DNA of 32,000 bases from Methanosphaera stadtmanae DSM 3091 (GTDB taxonomy: Archaea > Methanobacteriota > Methanobacteria > Methanobacteriales > Methanobacteriaceae): the NCBI RefSeq assembly GCF_000012545.1, contig NC_007681.1, forward strand, positions 780,001-812,000, in the 5' to 3' direction. Position 1 is the stretch's first letter, and every line of letters begins with the position of its first letter. Shown here in pieces: positions 1-10,044 of the stretch. The notes beneath the pieces are model-generated. The model saw only the letters and a program-made list of their open reading frames with translations. It had not been told where the DNA came from and searched no databases. Both the position numbers and the translations under genes were made by a program.

Positions 1-632
1 TTAAAGTTAGTATAATCTATATCACTTAATTCAAAGCCATATTTTGTTAATACTTCTTTTAATTCATTTTGGTCATCAAGGGTTGTGTGTTTTAGTACTG
101 CTTTTTTACCTAGACTTTTTACTTGACCTAGTACATAGATTGTTCCACGCATAATGGATTCACCAGCATCATCTGTCACATCACCTAGAACTATAAGTCT
201 TCCACCCATCATAAGAAGTCCAGTCATGAAGCCACTATTACCACCTATAATGACTGTTCCACCTTTCATGATTTCTCCAGTTCTTGAACCAGTATCTCCT
301 TTTACAACTACAGTTCCATTATAAATTCCTTGTCCTGCACCATCACCAGATCCTCCTTCGATAATTAATTCTCCACCAGTCATATTATCTCCAGCAAACC
401 ATCCAGCATTTCTAGTAATATGTATTTTTGCTCCATCTACCATGGTACCAACGAAGTATCCAGCAGATCCAACAATTTCTATTTCTACTTCTTCTATTAG
501 TCCTGCTGCAATGTTGTGTTTAGATTGTGGATTTTTTATAATTAATTTATCATAATCTAGTGCATGTTCTTTTATGGATCTATTTAATGTTTTTTCATCC
601 ATATCTTTAGCATCAATTGTATATTCTCTCAT
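1..632 (-). CDS. GXGXG-motif domain protein (glutamate synthase alpha-subunit C-terminal domain / FwdC-like); C-terminus runs off the window
   Basis: Absent from the ORF track because it is open at the window edge. My translation from ATG (632-630): MREYTIDAKDMDEKTLNRSIKEH...GGELIIEGGSGDGAGQGIYNGTVVVKGDTGSRTGEIMKGGTVIIGGNSGFMTGLLMMGGRLIVLGDV..., showing repeated GxGxG beta-helix motifs. SD GGGAG lies in the 18-nt gap after the upstream gene. Confidence 0.8.
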   Translation of the reverse strand, partial: MREYTIDAKDMDEKTLNRSIKEHALDYDKLIIKNPQSKHNIAAGLIEEVEIEIVGSAGYFVGTMVDGAKIHITRNAGWFAGDNMTGGELIIEGGSGDGAGQGIYNGTVVVKGDTGSRTGEIMKGGTVIIGGNSGFMTGLLMMGGRLIVLGDVTDDAGESIMRGTIYVLGQVKSLGKKAVLKHTTLDDQNELKEVLTKYGFELSDIDYTNF

Positions 633-650
633 ATAATATTACTCCCTAAA

Positions 651-1568
651 TTATATTGTATAAGATCTTGTTTCACCCGGTGCTATTTGTTCTACATGGT
701 CTGTATCTAGTACATCTTGTAGGGACATTTCTTCTGAAGCTATTGCAAACACATCATCATTTTCTGCCATTACTCCAGGTCTTAATCCTAATTTATCCTT
801 AGCTATACCAATACCATTTGGAGTTCCAACAAGTATTGAGAATGGTCCATCTAAATCATGCACTGCTTCTTCTAATGCTTCTTCTAATTTATATCCTTGA
901 TGTAATTTATCTGCCATGTAATGTACTATACATTCTGTATCATTGAATGATTCAAATTTATGTCCTTTTCTTTCAAGTGGATCTCTTATTTTCCAATAAT
1001 TTGTTATTTGTCCATTGTGTACTACTGTTATATCAGGTGTTATGTAACTTTGATATGGGTGTGCATGATATCTATCCACACCACTTTCTGTAGCAAATCT
1101 AGTATGTCCTATACCATGAGTTCCTACTCTTGAAGGTACGTTGTAACGTTTTGCAATGTCTTTTACAAGTCCAACATCTTTTATCATTTCAAATGAATGT
1201 GAACCATTTATTACTTGTATATCTTCTATTTTATCGAGATTTGTAATTAATGGTTTTAGTAATGAATAGTTTTCTAGATGTATTTCACATCTATATACAT
1301 CATAGTCATCTACAGAATGAATTAATTCTTCATTGTATATTGGACTAATCTGAGTTAAAGTTGTTTTGAGTTGATCAAGCAACATTGGTTTATTTTTTAA
1401 TTCTATATTTAGTTGATAATTATTTTCTGGAAGATTTAATCCACCATATATAGCAAAACCAGCAGAATCTGGTCCTCTATGTTGAAGAGATTCTAACATA
1501 GCAGTTAATGATTCTCCAACATTATGTGTTTTTTTATCTTTATATATTACTCCTGCTATACCACACAT
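651..1568 (-). CDS. Stand-alone class-II (Ntn) glutamine amidotransferase, glutamate synthase domain-1-like
   Basis: N-terminal MCGIAG (catalytic Cys after Met removal), GIGHTRFATES and VVHNGQITNY motifs. At 305 aa it is too short for PurF or AsnB. It is followed by a GXGXG domain gene, as in archaeal split GltB. Confidence 0.85.
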   Translation of the reverse strand: MCGIAGVIYKDKKTHNVGESLTAMLESLQHRGPDSAGFAIYGGLNLPENNYQLNIELKNKPMLLDQLKTTLTQISPIYNEELIHSVDDYDVYRCEIHLENYSLLKPLITNLDKIEDIQVINGSHSFEMIKDVGLVKDIAKRYNVPSRVGTHGIGHTRFATESGVDRYHAHPYQSYITPDITVVHNGQITNYWKIRDPLERKGHKFESFNDTECIVHYMADKLHQGYKLEEALEEAVHDLDGPFSILVGTPNGIGIAKDKLGLRPGVMAENDDVFAIASEEMSLQDVLDTDHVEQIAPGETRSYTI

Positions 1569-2134
1569 GATTCTACCTCTAATATAAATAATTTATGAAT
1601 TAATGTATCTTCAGTTAATTCAGGATGGAATGCTATTCCAATGTACTGATTTTGTTTAACTGCAATTATTTTATCATCATATTTACTTAATACTTCTACA
1701 TCATCACTAATTTGACTTATGTATGGAGCTCTGATAAATATTCCATGATAATCTTCATTATTGAATTTAATTTCTGATTCAAATGACATTCTTTGTCTTC
1801 CAAATCCATTTCTTTTTACTGTTGAATCTATTAATCCAAGTAATGGTTGGTCTTGGTCAGTTTTTTTGGAAAGTAGTACTAATCCTGCACAAGTACCTAA
1901 TATAGGTATTCCAGTTTCTTTAAGGTAATTAGAAAGTCCAGTTTTTTCTAGATGCATACCTATTGTGGAACTTTCTCCACCAGATATAATTAATCCATTA
2001 CAATCTTTAATGTCATCTAGAGTATTAACTAATTTTGTTGTACCATCAATTTTCATTTCTTTCAATGCTTTTTCTGTAATTATTTGATGTTCTTCCACAT
2101 CACCTTGTAAATCTAAAATGCCTATTGTTATCAT
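1556..2134 (-). CDS. pdxT: Pyridoxal 5'-phosphate synthase glutaminase subunit PdxT
   Basis: MITIGILDLQGDVEEH, GGESST, GTCAGL and FHPELTED align along the whole length with Bacillus PdxT/YaaE. SD GAGAGGTAA lies upstream. The gene overlaps the downstream gene by 13 nt. Confidence 0.85.
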   Translation of the reverse strand: MITIGILDLQGDVEEHQIITEKALKEMKIDGTTKLVNTLDDIKDCNGLIISGGESSTIGMHLEKTGLSNYLKETGIPILGTCAGLVLLSKKTDQDQPLLGLIDSTVKRNGFGRQRMSFESEIKFNNEDYHGIFIRAPYISQISDDVEVLSKYDDKIIAVKQNQYIGIAFHPELTEDTLIHKLFILEVESCVV

Positions 2135-2581
2135 TTATTTACCTCTCTATAAGAATTAAGTTCTTAATCTTTTGATTAATTATTATACATGTACTATTAA
2201 GTAAATATAATAGAACTTGTAAGAATTTGAGTTATTAAAATTTAATCTTTAGAAAAAATAAAATCATTTCATGATTTGAATAAGTATTAATTTAATTTAT
2301 AAGCGTATTTTATTCTCTTATTAAATCAATTTCTTCTTTAAAAGATTAAATTAATTATTAATAAAATAACGATTATTTTATCTATTATTATATTGTGTTT
2401 TACAATATATATAGATTTCTAATATTGTTCAACTAGTTATATAAGTTTAACATGATTATTTTTAGTTTGGTAATAAAAAAAGAGGTTTATACTCAAAAAC
2501 AATTCAATAAAAACTAAAAATAATAAACAATGTTTAATAATGTATATTAAATAAAAAAAATATTCAAAAGAAAAAAAAACA

Positions 2582-3535
2582 CTATTCTTTATTTAGCATC
2601 TTTTCTAGTTCATATGTTGTCTTTTTAACTGTACGTGCGGCATCAAAAAATTCTGTTCTTTCTTCATCATTCATTTTCAAAGGAACAATTCTTTTAATTC
2701 CATGTTTACATAAAATTACAGGAACTCCTAATGACACATCATATACTCCTTCAACTTCACCTTCAAGATATGTACTAACAGTTAATATTTTTCTAGTATC
2801 ATTTGCTATAGTTAGTATTAAGTTAGATATTGCATATGATGGTCCATATTCAGTTGCACCCTTTTTACTAATTATATTATTTCCAGAATTTTTAAGTGTT
2901 TCAACTAATTTTGGTACATCTAAATCCATGTATTCTACAAAACTTTTTAATAAAATACCACCAATTGTTGTTGAACTTAAAAGTGGAACCATATGATCTC
3001 CATGTTCTCCAATAACTCTTGTATGTATTTCTCTACTATTTATATGGAAATGTTTAGATAGCAAAGTTTTAAGTCTTAATGAATCTAGATGATTTCCAAG
3101 ACCAATAACACGTTTTTTATCAAAACCTGAAGTTTTTAATGCAATTGATGTCATTACATCAACAGGATTTGTTACAATGAGAATAACTGAATCTGGGGCA
3201 TGTATTGCAATTTGTTTAGAATATTCTTGAACAATTTTTGAGTTAGGTACTGCTAAATCTAATCTTGACATACCTTCTTTACGTGGTACTCCAGAAGTAA
3301 TTAATACTATTGATGAACCAGCTAAATCTGCATAATCTGAAGAAGCTTTTAATTCACAATCAATGTCTTCAGCAGCCAATGCATCATACATGTCTAATAT
3401 TTCACCCTTTACTCTTTCATGACTAGCTGGTCTAGAAAACATTATAATTTCGTCTATAACATCTTTTTCAGCAAGGTTAAAAGCAACAGTTTTACCAATT
3501 GTTCCTGAAGCACCCATTATTGTTATTTTTACCAA
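2582..3535 (-). CDS. mdh: LDH-like malate dehydrogenase
   Basis: GASGTIG Rossmann motif, TNPVDV and IGEHGD motifs; 317 aa. The start is TTG (plus-strand caa at 3533-3535) with SD AGGATC upstream. Confidence 0.85.
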   Translation of the reverse strand: MVKITIMGASGTIGKTVAFNLAEKDVIDEIIMFSRPASHERVKGEILDMYDALAAEDIDCELKASSDYADLAGSSIVLITSGVPRKEGMSRLDLAVPNSKIVQEYSKQIAIHAPDSVILIVTNPVDVMTSIALKTSGFDKKRVIGLGNHLDSLRLKTLLSKHFHINSREIHTRVIGEHGDHMVPLLSSTTIGGILLKSFVEYMDLDVPKLVETLKNSGNNIISKKGATEYGPSYAISNLILTIANDTRKILTVSTYLEGEVEGVYDVSLGVPVILCKHGIKRIVPLKMNDEERTEFFDAARTVKKTTYELEKMLNKE

Positions 3536-3815
3536 TTTATCAGATCCTATTATATTTAAAAAAAATTAATTTTATTATTATATGAATTATTATTTACTCA
3601 AATAATTATAATCTAATATTATATTTATTAATAATATTAATAAAACCTTACTATAATAAATAGTAATTATTATAATTAATATAAAATAAAAATGTGTTTT
3701 GTATAAAAAAAAATAATAAATATTAAATAATGTTTATTAATAATTTAAAATTTTAAAAGAATTATTAAAAAAATACATATTTTTAAAAAAAATAAAAAAA
3801 GTTCTTTTTATTAAC

Positions 3816-4385
3816 TTATTTTTCTAATTTATCTAAAAAGGTCATTGCATTTGCCTTGACATATCCACTATCATCTGTAGAAACTAATTCCTTAAGAGTA
3901 TCAATAGCTTTTTGGCCACCAATATTACCTAAACCAAAAACAGAACCAGAACGAACAAAACTACGTTCATCTTTTGATGCTTTAACAAACACGTCAATAG
4001 TTTCAGGTTTAGCAATTTTACCTAAAGCCCAAACTGCTCCTCCACGAGCCCTCCAATTTTCATCATCAACTAATTTAAGTAAAGTGTCAATAGCTTCTTC
4101 ACCATAATCTGCAAGAGCACTACTTGATTGTCTTCTAACCCATTTATTCTGGTCATGTAATAACTCTGCAAAAATCTCAATAGATCTAGGATCTTTAAGT
4201 CCTTTTAAAATTTCAACCATTTCTAATTTAATATCTTTATGATAATATGGTTTTACTATTTCTTCATGTAATACATCAATTTCATCTGGCATATTTGAAG
4301 CTATTATATTCTCAGCTTCTAATTTAACAAAACTATCTAAATCATTAAGATCTTTAATTGCATTTCTTACATCTTCTGCACTCAT
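3816..4385 (-). CDS. HEAT/PBS-lyase-like repeat protein
   Basis: Repeating units such as VRRQSSSALADYG, ARGGAVWALGKIA and VRSGSVFGLGNIG are typical of HEAT_PBS repeats. SD AAGGTG present. Confidence 0.7.
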   Translation of the reverse strand: MSAEDVRNAIKDLNDLDSFVKLEAENIIASNMPDEIDVLHEEIVKPYYHKDIKLEMVEILKGLKDPRSIEIFAELLHDQNKWVRRQSSSALADYGEEAIDTLLKLVDDENWRARGGAVWALGKIAKPETIDVFVKASKDERSFVRSGSVFGLGNIGGQKAIDTLKELVSTDDSGYVKANAMTFLDKLEK

Positions 4386-4542
4386 TTAAAAACACCTTTA
4401 TTAATTTAATCTTTATTTTTTTTTATTTTTTCTCTATACTCTTACAATTGAAATATATAGTTTAAATAATATAAATAGCTATCAGTTACAAATTAAATCA
4501 ACTTAAAAATAATTAACATAAAATAATAGGAGAATAAAAAAA

Positions 4543-5514
4543 TTGTATAAAATAACAGTAATACCTGGTGATGGTATAGGACAAGAAGTTATGCAACCAA
4601 CAATAGATATTCTTGAAACATTAAATTCTAAATTTGAATTTATACCAAAAGAAGCAGGAAAAGAATGTTATCAAAAATATGATACAAATCTACCTGAAGA
4701 GACTATTGTTCAATGTAGAGAAAGTGATAGTACACTCTTTGGAGCAGTAACATCAATTCCACAACAAAAAAGTGCAATAGTGACATTACGTAAAGAACTT
4801 GATTTATATGTAAATCAAAGACCAATACATTCATATACAAATCCAGATATAGATTTTACAATAATACGTGAAAATTCTGAAGGACTATATTCACATATTG
4901 AAGAAAGTACTGGTGATGAAGCAATAGCCATTAGAAAAATAACATACAAAGCTTCAGAAAGAATAATAAATTATGCTTTTAACTATGCACTTAAAACAGA
5001 AAAAAGTAAAGTAACAGCATCACATAAAGCAAATGTACTACCAGTAACTGATGGAATATTTAAAAATACATTCTATAAAGTAGCAAGTAATTATCCAACA
5101 ATCAAATCCAATGATTATTATATAGATGCTATGGCAATGTATCTTATAACAAATCCTGCTCAATTTGATATTATAGTAACAACAAATCTCTTTGGAGACA
5201 TATTATCTGATGAAGGTGGAGGATTAGTTGGAACTCTTGGACTTATACCTTCAGCAAATATTGGGGATAAAACTGGATTATTTGAACCAGTACATGGATC
5301 AGCACCAGATATAGCAGGACTTAATAAGGCAAATCCAATAGCAATGATCTTATCAAGTTGTTTAATGCTTGAATATTTAGGATTATATGATGATGCAAAA
5401 AGAATTCAAAATGCAGTAGAAGAAACAATTTCTGAAAGTAAAGTTAAAACACCAGATATGGGTGGACATAACAATACACAAGATGTTGCAAATAATATAC
5501 TCCATAGATTATAA
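4543..5514 (+). CDS. Isopropylmalate/homoisocitrate/isocitrate dehydrogenase family enzyme (LeuB/AksF-type; specificity not resolvable by eye)
   Basis: Motifs GDGIGQEV, NLFGDILSDE and HGSAPDIAG; 323 aa. TTG start at 4543 with SD TAGGAGA at 4527-4533. Confidence 0.85.
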   Translation: MYKITVIPGDGIGQEVMQPTIDILETLNSKFEFIPKEAGKECYQKYDTNLPEETIVQCRESDSTLFGAVTSIPQQKSAIVTLRKELDLYVNQRPIHSYTNPDIDFTIIRENSEGLYSHIEESTGDEAIAIRKITYKASERIINYAFNYALKTEKSKVTASHKANVLPVTDGIFKNTFYKVASNYPTIKSNDYYIDAMAMYLITNPAQFDIIVTTNLFGDILSDEGGGLVGTLGLIPSANIGDKTGLFEPVHGSAPDIAGLNKANPIAMILSSCLMLEYLGLYDDAKRIQNAVEETISESKVKTPDMGGHNNTQDVANNILHRL

Positions 5515-5706
5515 TAAAATTTAAAAGATATGATAAATAAATTTATAAAGATAAAAATAGATAATAAAATTATATATTGAAAAAATATTTATTCATTAAT
5601 TTATTTCATGTAAACTAATAGAACTTAGTTTTCATTTACAAGAAAATAAATATTACAAAAATAATGTCAATATCATAAGTTTTTTTTACCTCGGAGGTAC
5701 AATAGA

Positions 5707-6801
5707 ATGAAAACAACTGTAAGTATAATTAAAGCAGATATTGGTAGTGTTGGTGGACACGCAGTAACACACCAAAAATTAAAAGATAAATGTAACGAAT
5801 ACTTATCCAATGCAAAAGAAGAAGGATTATTAACTGATTTTTATATAACCAATTGTGGTGACGATATAGATATGATCATGACTCACACAAACGGTACCGA
5901 TAACGAAGAAGTACACAAATTAGCATTTGATACTTTTATGGCTGGAGCAGAAGTTGCAAAAGGACTTAAATTATACGGTGCAGGTCAAGATTTATTATCT
6001 GATACATTTAGTGGAAACATAAAAGGTATGGGTCCAGGTAGTGCAGAAATGGAATTTAAAGAAAGAGGTTCTGATCCTGTATTTGCATATTGTTGTGACA
6101 AAACAGAACCAGGAGCATTTAACTTACCATTATTTAGAATGTTTGCAGACCCATTCAACACTGCAGGATTAGTAATTGACCCATCATTACATGGTGGATT
6201 TGACTTTGAAGTTTATGATGTAATAGAAAATAGAAAAGTTGTAATGTCCTGTCCTGATGAAATGTATGATTTATTAGCATTAATTGGTTCAACTGGAAGA
6301 TACGTAATAAAAAGAATCTTCAGAAGATCTGATAATGAAATAGCAGCAGCAGTAAGTACAGATAAATTAAACTTAATGGCTGGAAAATACATAGGAAAAG
6401 ATGACCCAGTTGCAATAGTAAGATCACAATCAGGATTCCCTGCAGGTGGAGAAACTTCCGAACCTTTCGCATTCCCTCACTTAGTAAGTGGATGGATGAG
6501 AGGATCACATAACGGACCTTTAATGCCAGTATCCCAAGCAGATGCAAGACCTGTAAGATTTGACGGACCTCCTCGTGTAATAGGACTCGGTTTCCAAGTA
6601 AGTGAAGCAAAATTAATTGGTCCTGTAGATATGTTTGCAGATCCAGCATTTGATGATGCAAGAAACACAGCAACAAAAGTTGCAAATTACATGAGAAGAC
6701 ATGGACCATTTGAACCTCACAGATTACCTGCAGATGAAATGGAATACACAAGTCTTCCAGGCGTACTTGAAAAACTCGAAGATAGATTTGAAGATATGTA
6801 A
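5707..6801 (+). CDS. fbp: Fructose-1,6-bisphosphate aldolase/phosphatase (class V FBPase)
   Basis: N-terminus MKTTVSIIKADIGSVGGH and the ~364-aa length are characteristic of the archaeal bifunctional FBP aldolase/phosphatase. SD GGAGGT at 5693-5698. Confidence 0.9.
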   Translation: MKTTVSIIKADIGSVGGHAVTHQKLKDKCNEYLSNAKEEGLLTDFYITNCGDDIDMIMTHTNGTDNEEVHKLAFDTFMAGAEVAKGLKLYGAGQDLLSDTFSGNIKGMGPGSAEMEFKERGSDPVFAYCCDKTEPGAFNLPLFRMFADPFNTAGLVIDPSLHGGFDFEVYDVIENRKVVMSCPDEMYDLLALIGSTGRYVIKRIFRRSDNEIAAAVSTDKLNLMAGKYIGKDDPVAIVRSQSGFPAGGETSEPFAFPHLVSGWMRGSHNGPLMPVSQADARPVRFDGPPRVIGLGFQVSEAKLIGPVDMFADPAFDDARNTATKVANYMRRHGPFEPHRLPADEMEYTSLPGVLEKLEDRFEDM

Positions 6802-6907
6802 ATATATTTTATTTACATTAACCTCCCTTTTTAGAAAGACTATTTTTAATATTCATATTTTCAAAATGAAAATTTCTTTTAAAAAAAAGTAAATAATGAA
6901 AAATGTT

Positions 6908-8380
6908 CTATTTTTCATATAAATTAGAAATATGTGCGGTGGTTATACTACCAATTACTTTGTGATTTTTATCAATTACTGGTAAACCTGAGATATTATG
7001 TTCTTTCATTTTTCTAATAACCTTATGTAATGAATCATATTCTGTGCATGTTAAGACATTTTTTGTCATTATATCATCAATAGAATTAGCATCAGTTGCT
7101 ATTGCCTTTGATAAATCCCATGCAGTTATAATTCCAACAATTTCTTTACCATCATCTACAATTGGAATATGTGTTTTGTTACAATTCATCATTAATTCAG
7201 CAGCTTCCTTAATATCTGCTGTATAATCTAGTGTTAAAGTAGTATGGGACATGACATCTTTAACTCTTGCTTTTGATAAGAAGTTACTGATAATATAATT
7301 CATTTGACCATTTTCAATTAAAAATGCATCATGACCATATTCAGAATTAAGTCTTGAATATGAAACTTCTACATTGTTAGCACGTAGAGCCATTACAATT
7401 TCTTCCATATGTTCATGTGTATATAACCAGTCAGATGTAATTGACATTATAAGTATTCTTGATTTAACAGGTTTCAATGCTTCCTCTAGAGAAGTATTTT
7501 TTCTAACTTCAAAGTAGTCAAGAGCTTTTGTAAGATAGAGGTAACTGTTTGCATCAAATTTCTTTGTGAATGTAGATCCTTGATGTTCTAGGTAGCTTTC
7601 TACTTGGAATTCTGTACTAAAATCATAACTAAATTTATTTTTATCTTGTAATTTTCTACCAAATTTTTCATACATTGATTCATTACTTAGATATGTTATA
7701 TGTGCAATCATTCGTGCTACAGATAAACCTTGTTCTGGACTAACACCTTCTTCATAATATTTTCCTCCTTTCCAATTAGGATCTTCTATTATGGAACGAC
7801 GTTGTACAGCATTAAATGCAATTTGTTGTGGTGTAGAATATGCACCTGAAGCTATCATTATTGCATTACGAACCATGTCTGGATATGTAATAGTCCATTG
7901 AAGAACTTGCATTCCACCCATTGATCCTCCAACAACTGCATATAAATGATTTATATCAAGGTAGTCTAGTAATTTTTTCTGTGCTTTTACCATATCATTT
8001 ATAGTAATAATTGGAAAGTCAAGACCATATGGTTTGTTTGTTTTGGGATTAATATCACATGGACCTGTTGTTCCTTTACAACTTCCAAGAACATTAGAAC
8101 ATATTATAAAATATCTATTTGTATCTAAGGGTTTTCCAGGACCAATGATAATATTCCACCAACCAGGCTTTTTATCACCGTCATGCCAACCTGCAGCATG
8201 TGCATCGCCAGTTAAAGCATGACATACTAGTATTACATTACTTTTTTCATTATTTAATTTACCATATGTTTCATAAGCTATTGTTGGTGTTTCTAGAATA
8301 TTTCCAGTATCTAACTGTAAATCTTCTTTCATTTTATAGTACTTTGTTGATACATTTCCTAGTGATTTTTTATATGTCAT
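6908..8380 (-). CDS. metX: Homoserine O-acetyltransferase MetX with a C-terminal CBS-domain pair
   Basis: Alpha/beta-hydrolase nucleophile elbow GGSMGGMQ and a MetX-like N-terminus ([15 protein letters not shown]). The last ~120 aa contain two CBS motifs (VMSHTTLTL...[10 protein letters not shown]; IMTKNVLTC...[10 protein letters not shown]). SD GGGGTGG present. Confidence 0.9.
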   Translation of the reverse strand: MTYKKSLGNVSTKYYKMKEDLQLDTGNILETPTIAYETYGKLNNEKSNVILVCHALTGDAHAAGWHDGDKKPGWWNIIIGPGKPLDTNRYFIICSNVLGSCKGTTGPCDINPKTNKPYGLDFPIITINDMVKAQKKLLDYLDINHLYAVVGGSMGGMQVLQWTITYPDMVRNAIMIASGAYSTPQQIAFNAVQRRSIIEDPNWKGGKYYEEGVSPEQGLSVARMIAHITYLSNESMYEKFGRKLQDKNKFSYDFSTEFQVESYLEHQGSTFTKKFDANSYLYLTKALDYFEVRKNTSLEEALKPVKSRILIMSITSDWLYTHEHMEEIVMALRANNVEVSYSRLNSEYGHDAFLIENGQMNYIISNFLSKARVKDVMSHTTLTLDYTADIKEAAELMMNCNKTHIPIVDDGKEIVGIITAWDLSKAIATDANSIDDIMTKNVLTCTEYDSLHKVIRKMKEHNISGLPVIDKNHKVIGSITTAHISNLYEK

Positions 8381-8614
8381 TAATTAGTCCACCCCTTTTT
8401 ATAATGATTATTTATTAATAATTATGAAATAATATATACTTTAATACATTTAATTGTTTTTATAGTATTCTAAAAAAAATAAATGATAATTTAAAGATTT
8501 TTTTAATATTTTTAAATCAAAAATTAAATTTGTTATATGGTTTTTGAAAATTAAATAGTTATCATGTTTCTAAAAAAAAATAAGGAAAAAGAAGTTATAA
8601 AGTAGTTTAAATAC

Positions 8615-9904
8615 TTATTGAACTTTTTCTAATGCATTATCTATATCATTGATTATATCTTCAACATCTTCAATACCTACAGATAATCTAATAAGGTCTG
8701 GACTTACTCCAGTAGCTTTTTGTTGTTCTTCTGTTAATTGTGAGTGTGTTGTTGAAGCAGGATGTATAACTAATGATTTTGCATCCCCTATATTTGCAAG
8801 TAAGGATAATAATTCAGTGTTGTTAATAAATTCTATTGCAGCATCATAGCCTCCTTTAAGACCAAATGATACCATTCCAGAGAATCCTTTTTCTGCATAT
8901 TTAGAAGCTAATTCATGGTTTGGACTACTTTCTAATCCAGAATATGTTACCCATGCTACTTTTGGATGCTGTTCTAGATGTTTTGCTACTTCAAGAGCAT
9001 TTTCTCCGTGTTTTGTAACTCTCAAATCAAGTGTTTCTAATCCTTGTAATAGTAAGAATGAACCGAATGGACTTGGTACAGCTCCTGTATCTCTTCCAAG
9101 TACTGCTCTTATTCTTGTTGTGAATGCTGCTGGACCAAAAGTTTCATAGAATGATAAACCATTGTATGTTGCATCTGGTTCTACAAGTGCTGGGAAGTTA
9201 CCATTATCCCATGGGAAATCTCCTTTTTCAATTACTATTCCACCAAGTGTTGTTCCATGTCCACCAATGTATTTTGTTGCTGAACTTGCAATTATATCTG
9301 CTCCATGATCAAATGGTCTTATTGTTCCAACACCTATTGTGTTATCTGCTATGAGTGGTATTCCATGGTTGTGTGCAATTTCAGATATTTTTTCAAAGTC
9401 AGGTACATCTAATTTTGGATTTCCTATGGATTCTACATAGATTGCTTTTGTTTTATCATCTATAGCTTTTTCAAATAATTCTGGTGATTGTGAATCTACA
9501 AATTTTACATTTCTTCCTAAATCTTTTAAGGTGTTTTCAAATAATTCAAATGTTCCACCATATAAATTATCTGCAGATACAATATTATCTCCTACTTGTG
9601 TTAGGTTGATTATTGCATAGAATATTCCTGCTAACCCACTTGCTGTTGCATATGCAGCACTTCCACCTTCAATTGCAGCTATTCTTTTTTCAAATGCTTC
9701 AGTGGTTGGATTTGTTAATCTAGAATATATATTTCCTCCTTCTTGTAGAGCAAATCTATTTGCTGCTTGGTCTGTATCTTTAAATACATATGATGTTGTT
9801 TGATAGATAGGTACTGCTCTTGAACCAGTACTATCTGTTTCTTCTTGTCCTACATGTAATCCAATTGTTGCTATATTTTTTTTATTTTTTATTTCGTATG
9901 CCAT
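8615..9904 (-). CDS. metY: O-acetylhomoserine sulfhydrylase (aminocarboxypropyltransferase), PLP-dependent
   Basis: SSATKYIGGHGT (PLP-lysine motif), YSRLTNPT and 429 aa. It sits directly upstream of metX on the same strand. Confidence 0.9.
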   Translation of the reverse strand: MAYEIKNKKNIATIGLHVGQEETDSTGSRAVPIYQTTSYVFKDTDQAANRFALQEGGNIYSRLTNPTTEAFEKRIAAIEGGSAAYATASGLAGIFYAIINLTQVGDNIVSADNLYGGTFELFENTLKDLGRNVKFVDSQSPELFEKAIDDKTKAIYVESIGNPKLDVPDFEKISEIAHNHGIPLIADNTIGVGTIRPFDHGADIIASSATKYIGGHGTTLGGIVIEKGDFPWDNGNFPALVEPDATYNGLSFYETFGPAAFTTRIRAVLGRDTGAVPSPFGSFLLLQGLETLDLRVTKHGENALEVAKHLEQHPKVAWVTYSGLESSPNHELASKYAEKGFSGMVSFGLKGGYDAAIEFINNTELLSLLANIGDAKSLVIHPASTTHSQLTEEQQKATGVSPDLIRLSVGIEDVEDIINDIDNALEKVQ

Positions 9905-10014
9905 TTTTTCACTTCCTTTTTTATATTTTTTCTTTTTTTTAAATACGATTATTTATTATATTATTTTTTTCTTTTATTTTAATTGTTCATATTTCCTCTT
10001 TTTTAGTTTTTTTT

Positions 10015-10044
10015 CTATAATCGCATTATTCCCATGCACATCAT
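10015..10044 (-). other. Candidate leader mini-ORF MMCMGIMRL* in the metY 5' region
   Basis: The reverse complement reads aaGGGAGA atg atg tgc atg gga ata atg cga tta tag, with the SD-like GGGAGA at 10045-10050. It lies ~110 nt upstream of the metY start and is a locally GC-richer patch in an otherwise extreme-AT spacer. Confidence 0.25.

Noticed and set aside
2147-2163. Hairpin TAAGAA-TTAAG-TTCTTA just upstream of the pdxT start
   Set aside because: A 6-bp all-weak AT stem is expected by chance in ~20% GC spacer DNA. I found no supporting second copy.
3856-4107. 83-aa plus-strand ORF inside the HEAT-repeat gene
   Set aside because: Fully antisense to a well-supported CDS, with low-complexity translation and no SD. 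It is a shadow ORF.
6320-6892. ORFs 6320-6751(-), 6477-6668(-) and 6701-6892(+) overlapping the fbp 3' region
   Set aside because: They are antisense or out of frame relative to the strongly supported fbp CDS. Their translations are Leu/His/Gln-rich nonsense with no SD.
7044-8418. Plus-strand ORFs 7044-7226, 8034-8222 and 8200-8418 within metX
   Set aside because: Antisense shadows of metX, with no motifs and no ribosome-binding sites.
8649-9354. Plus-strand ORFs 8649-8849 and 9124-9354 within metY
   Set aside because: Antisense shadows of a well-supported PLP enzyme gene.
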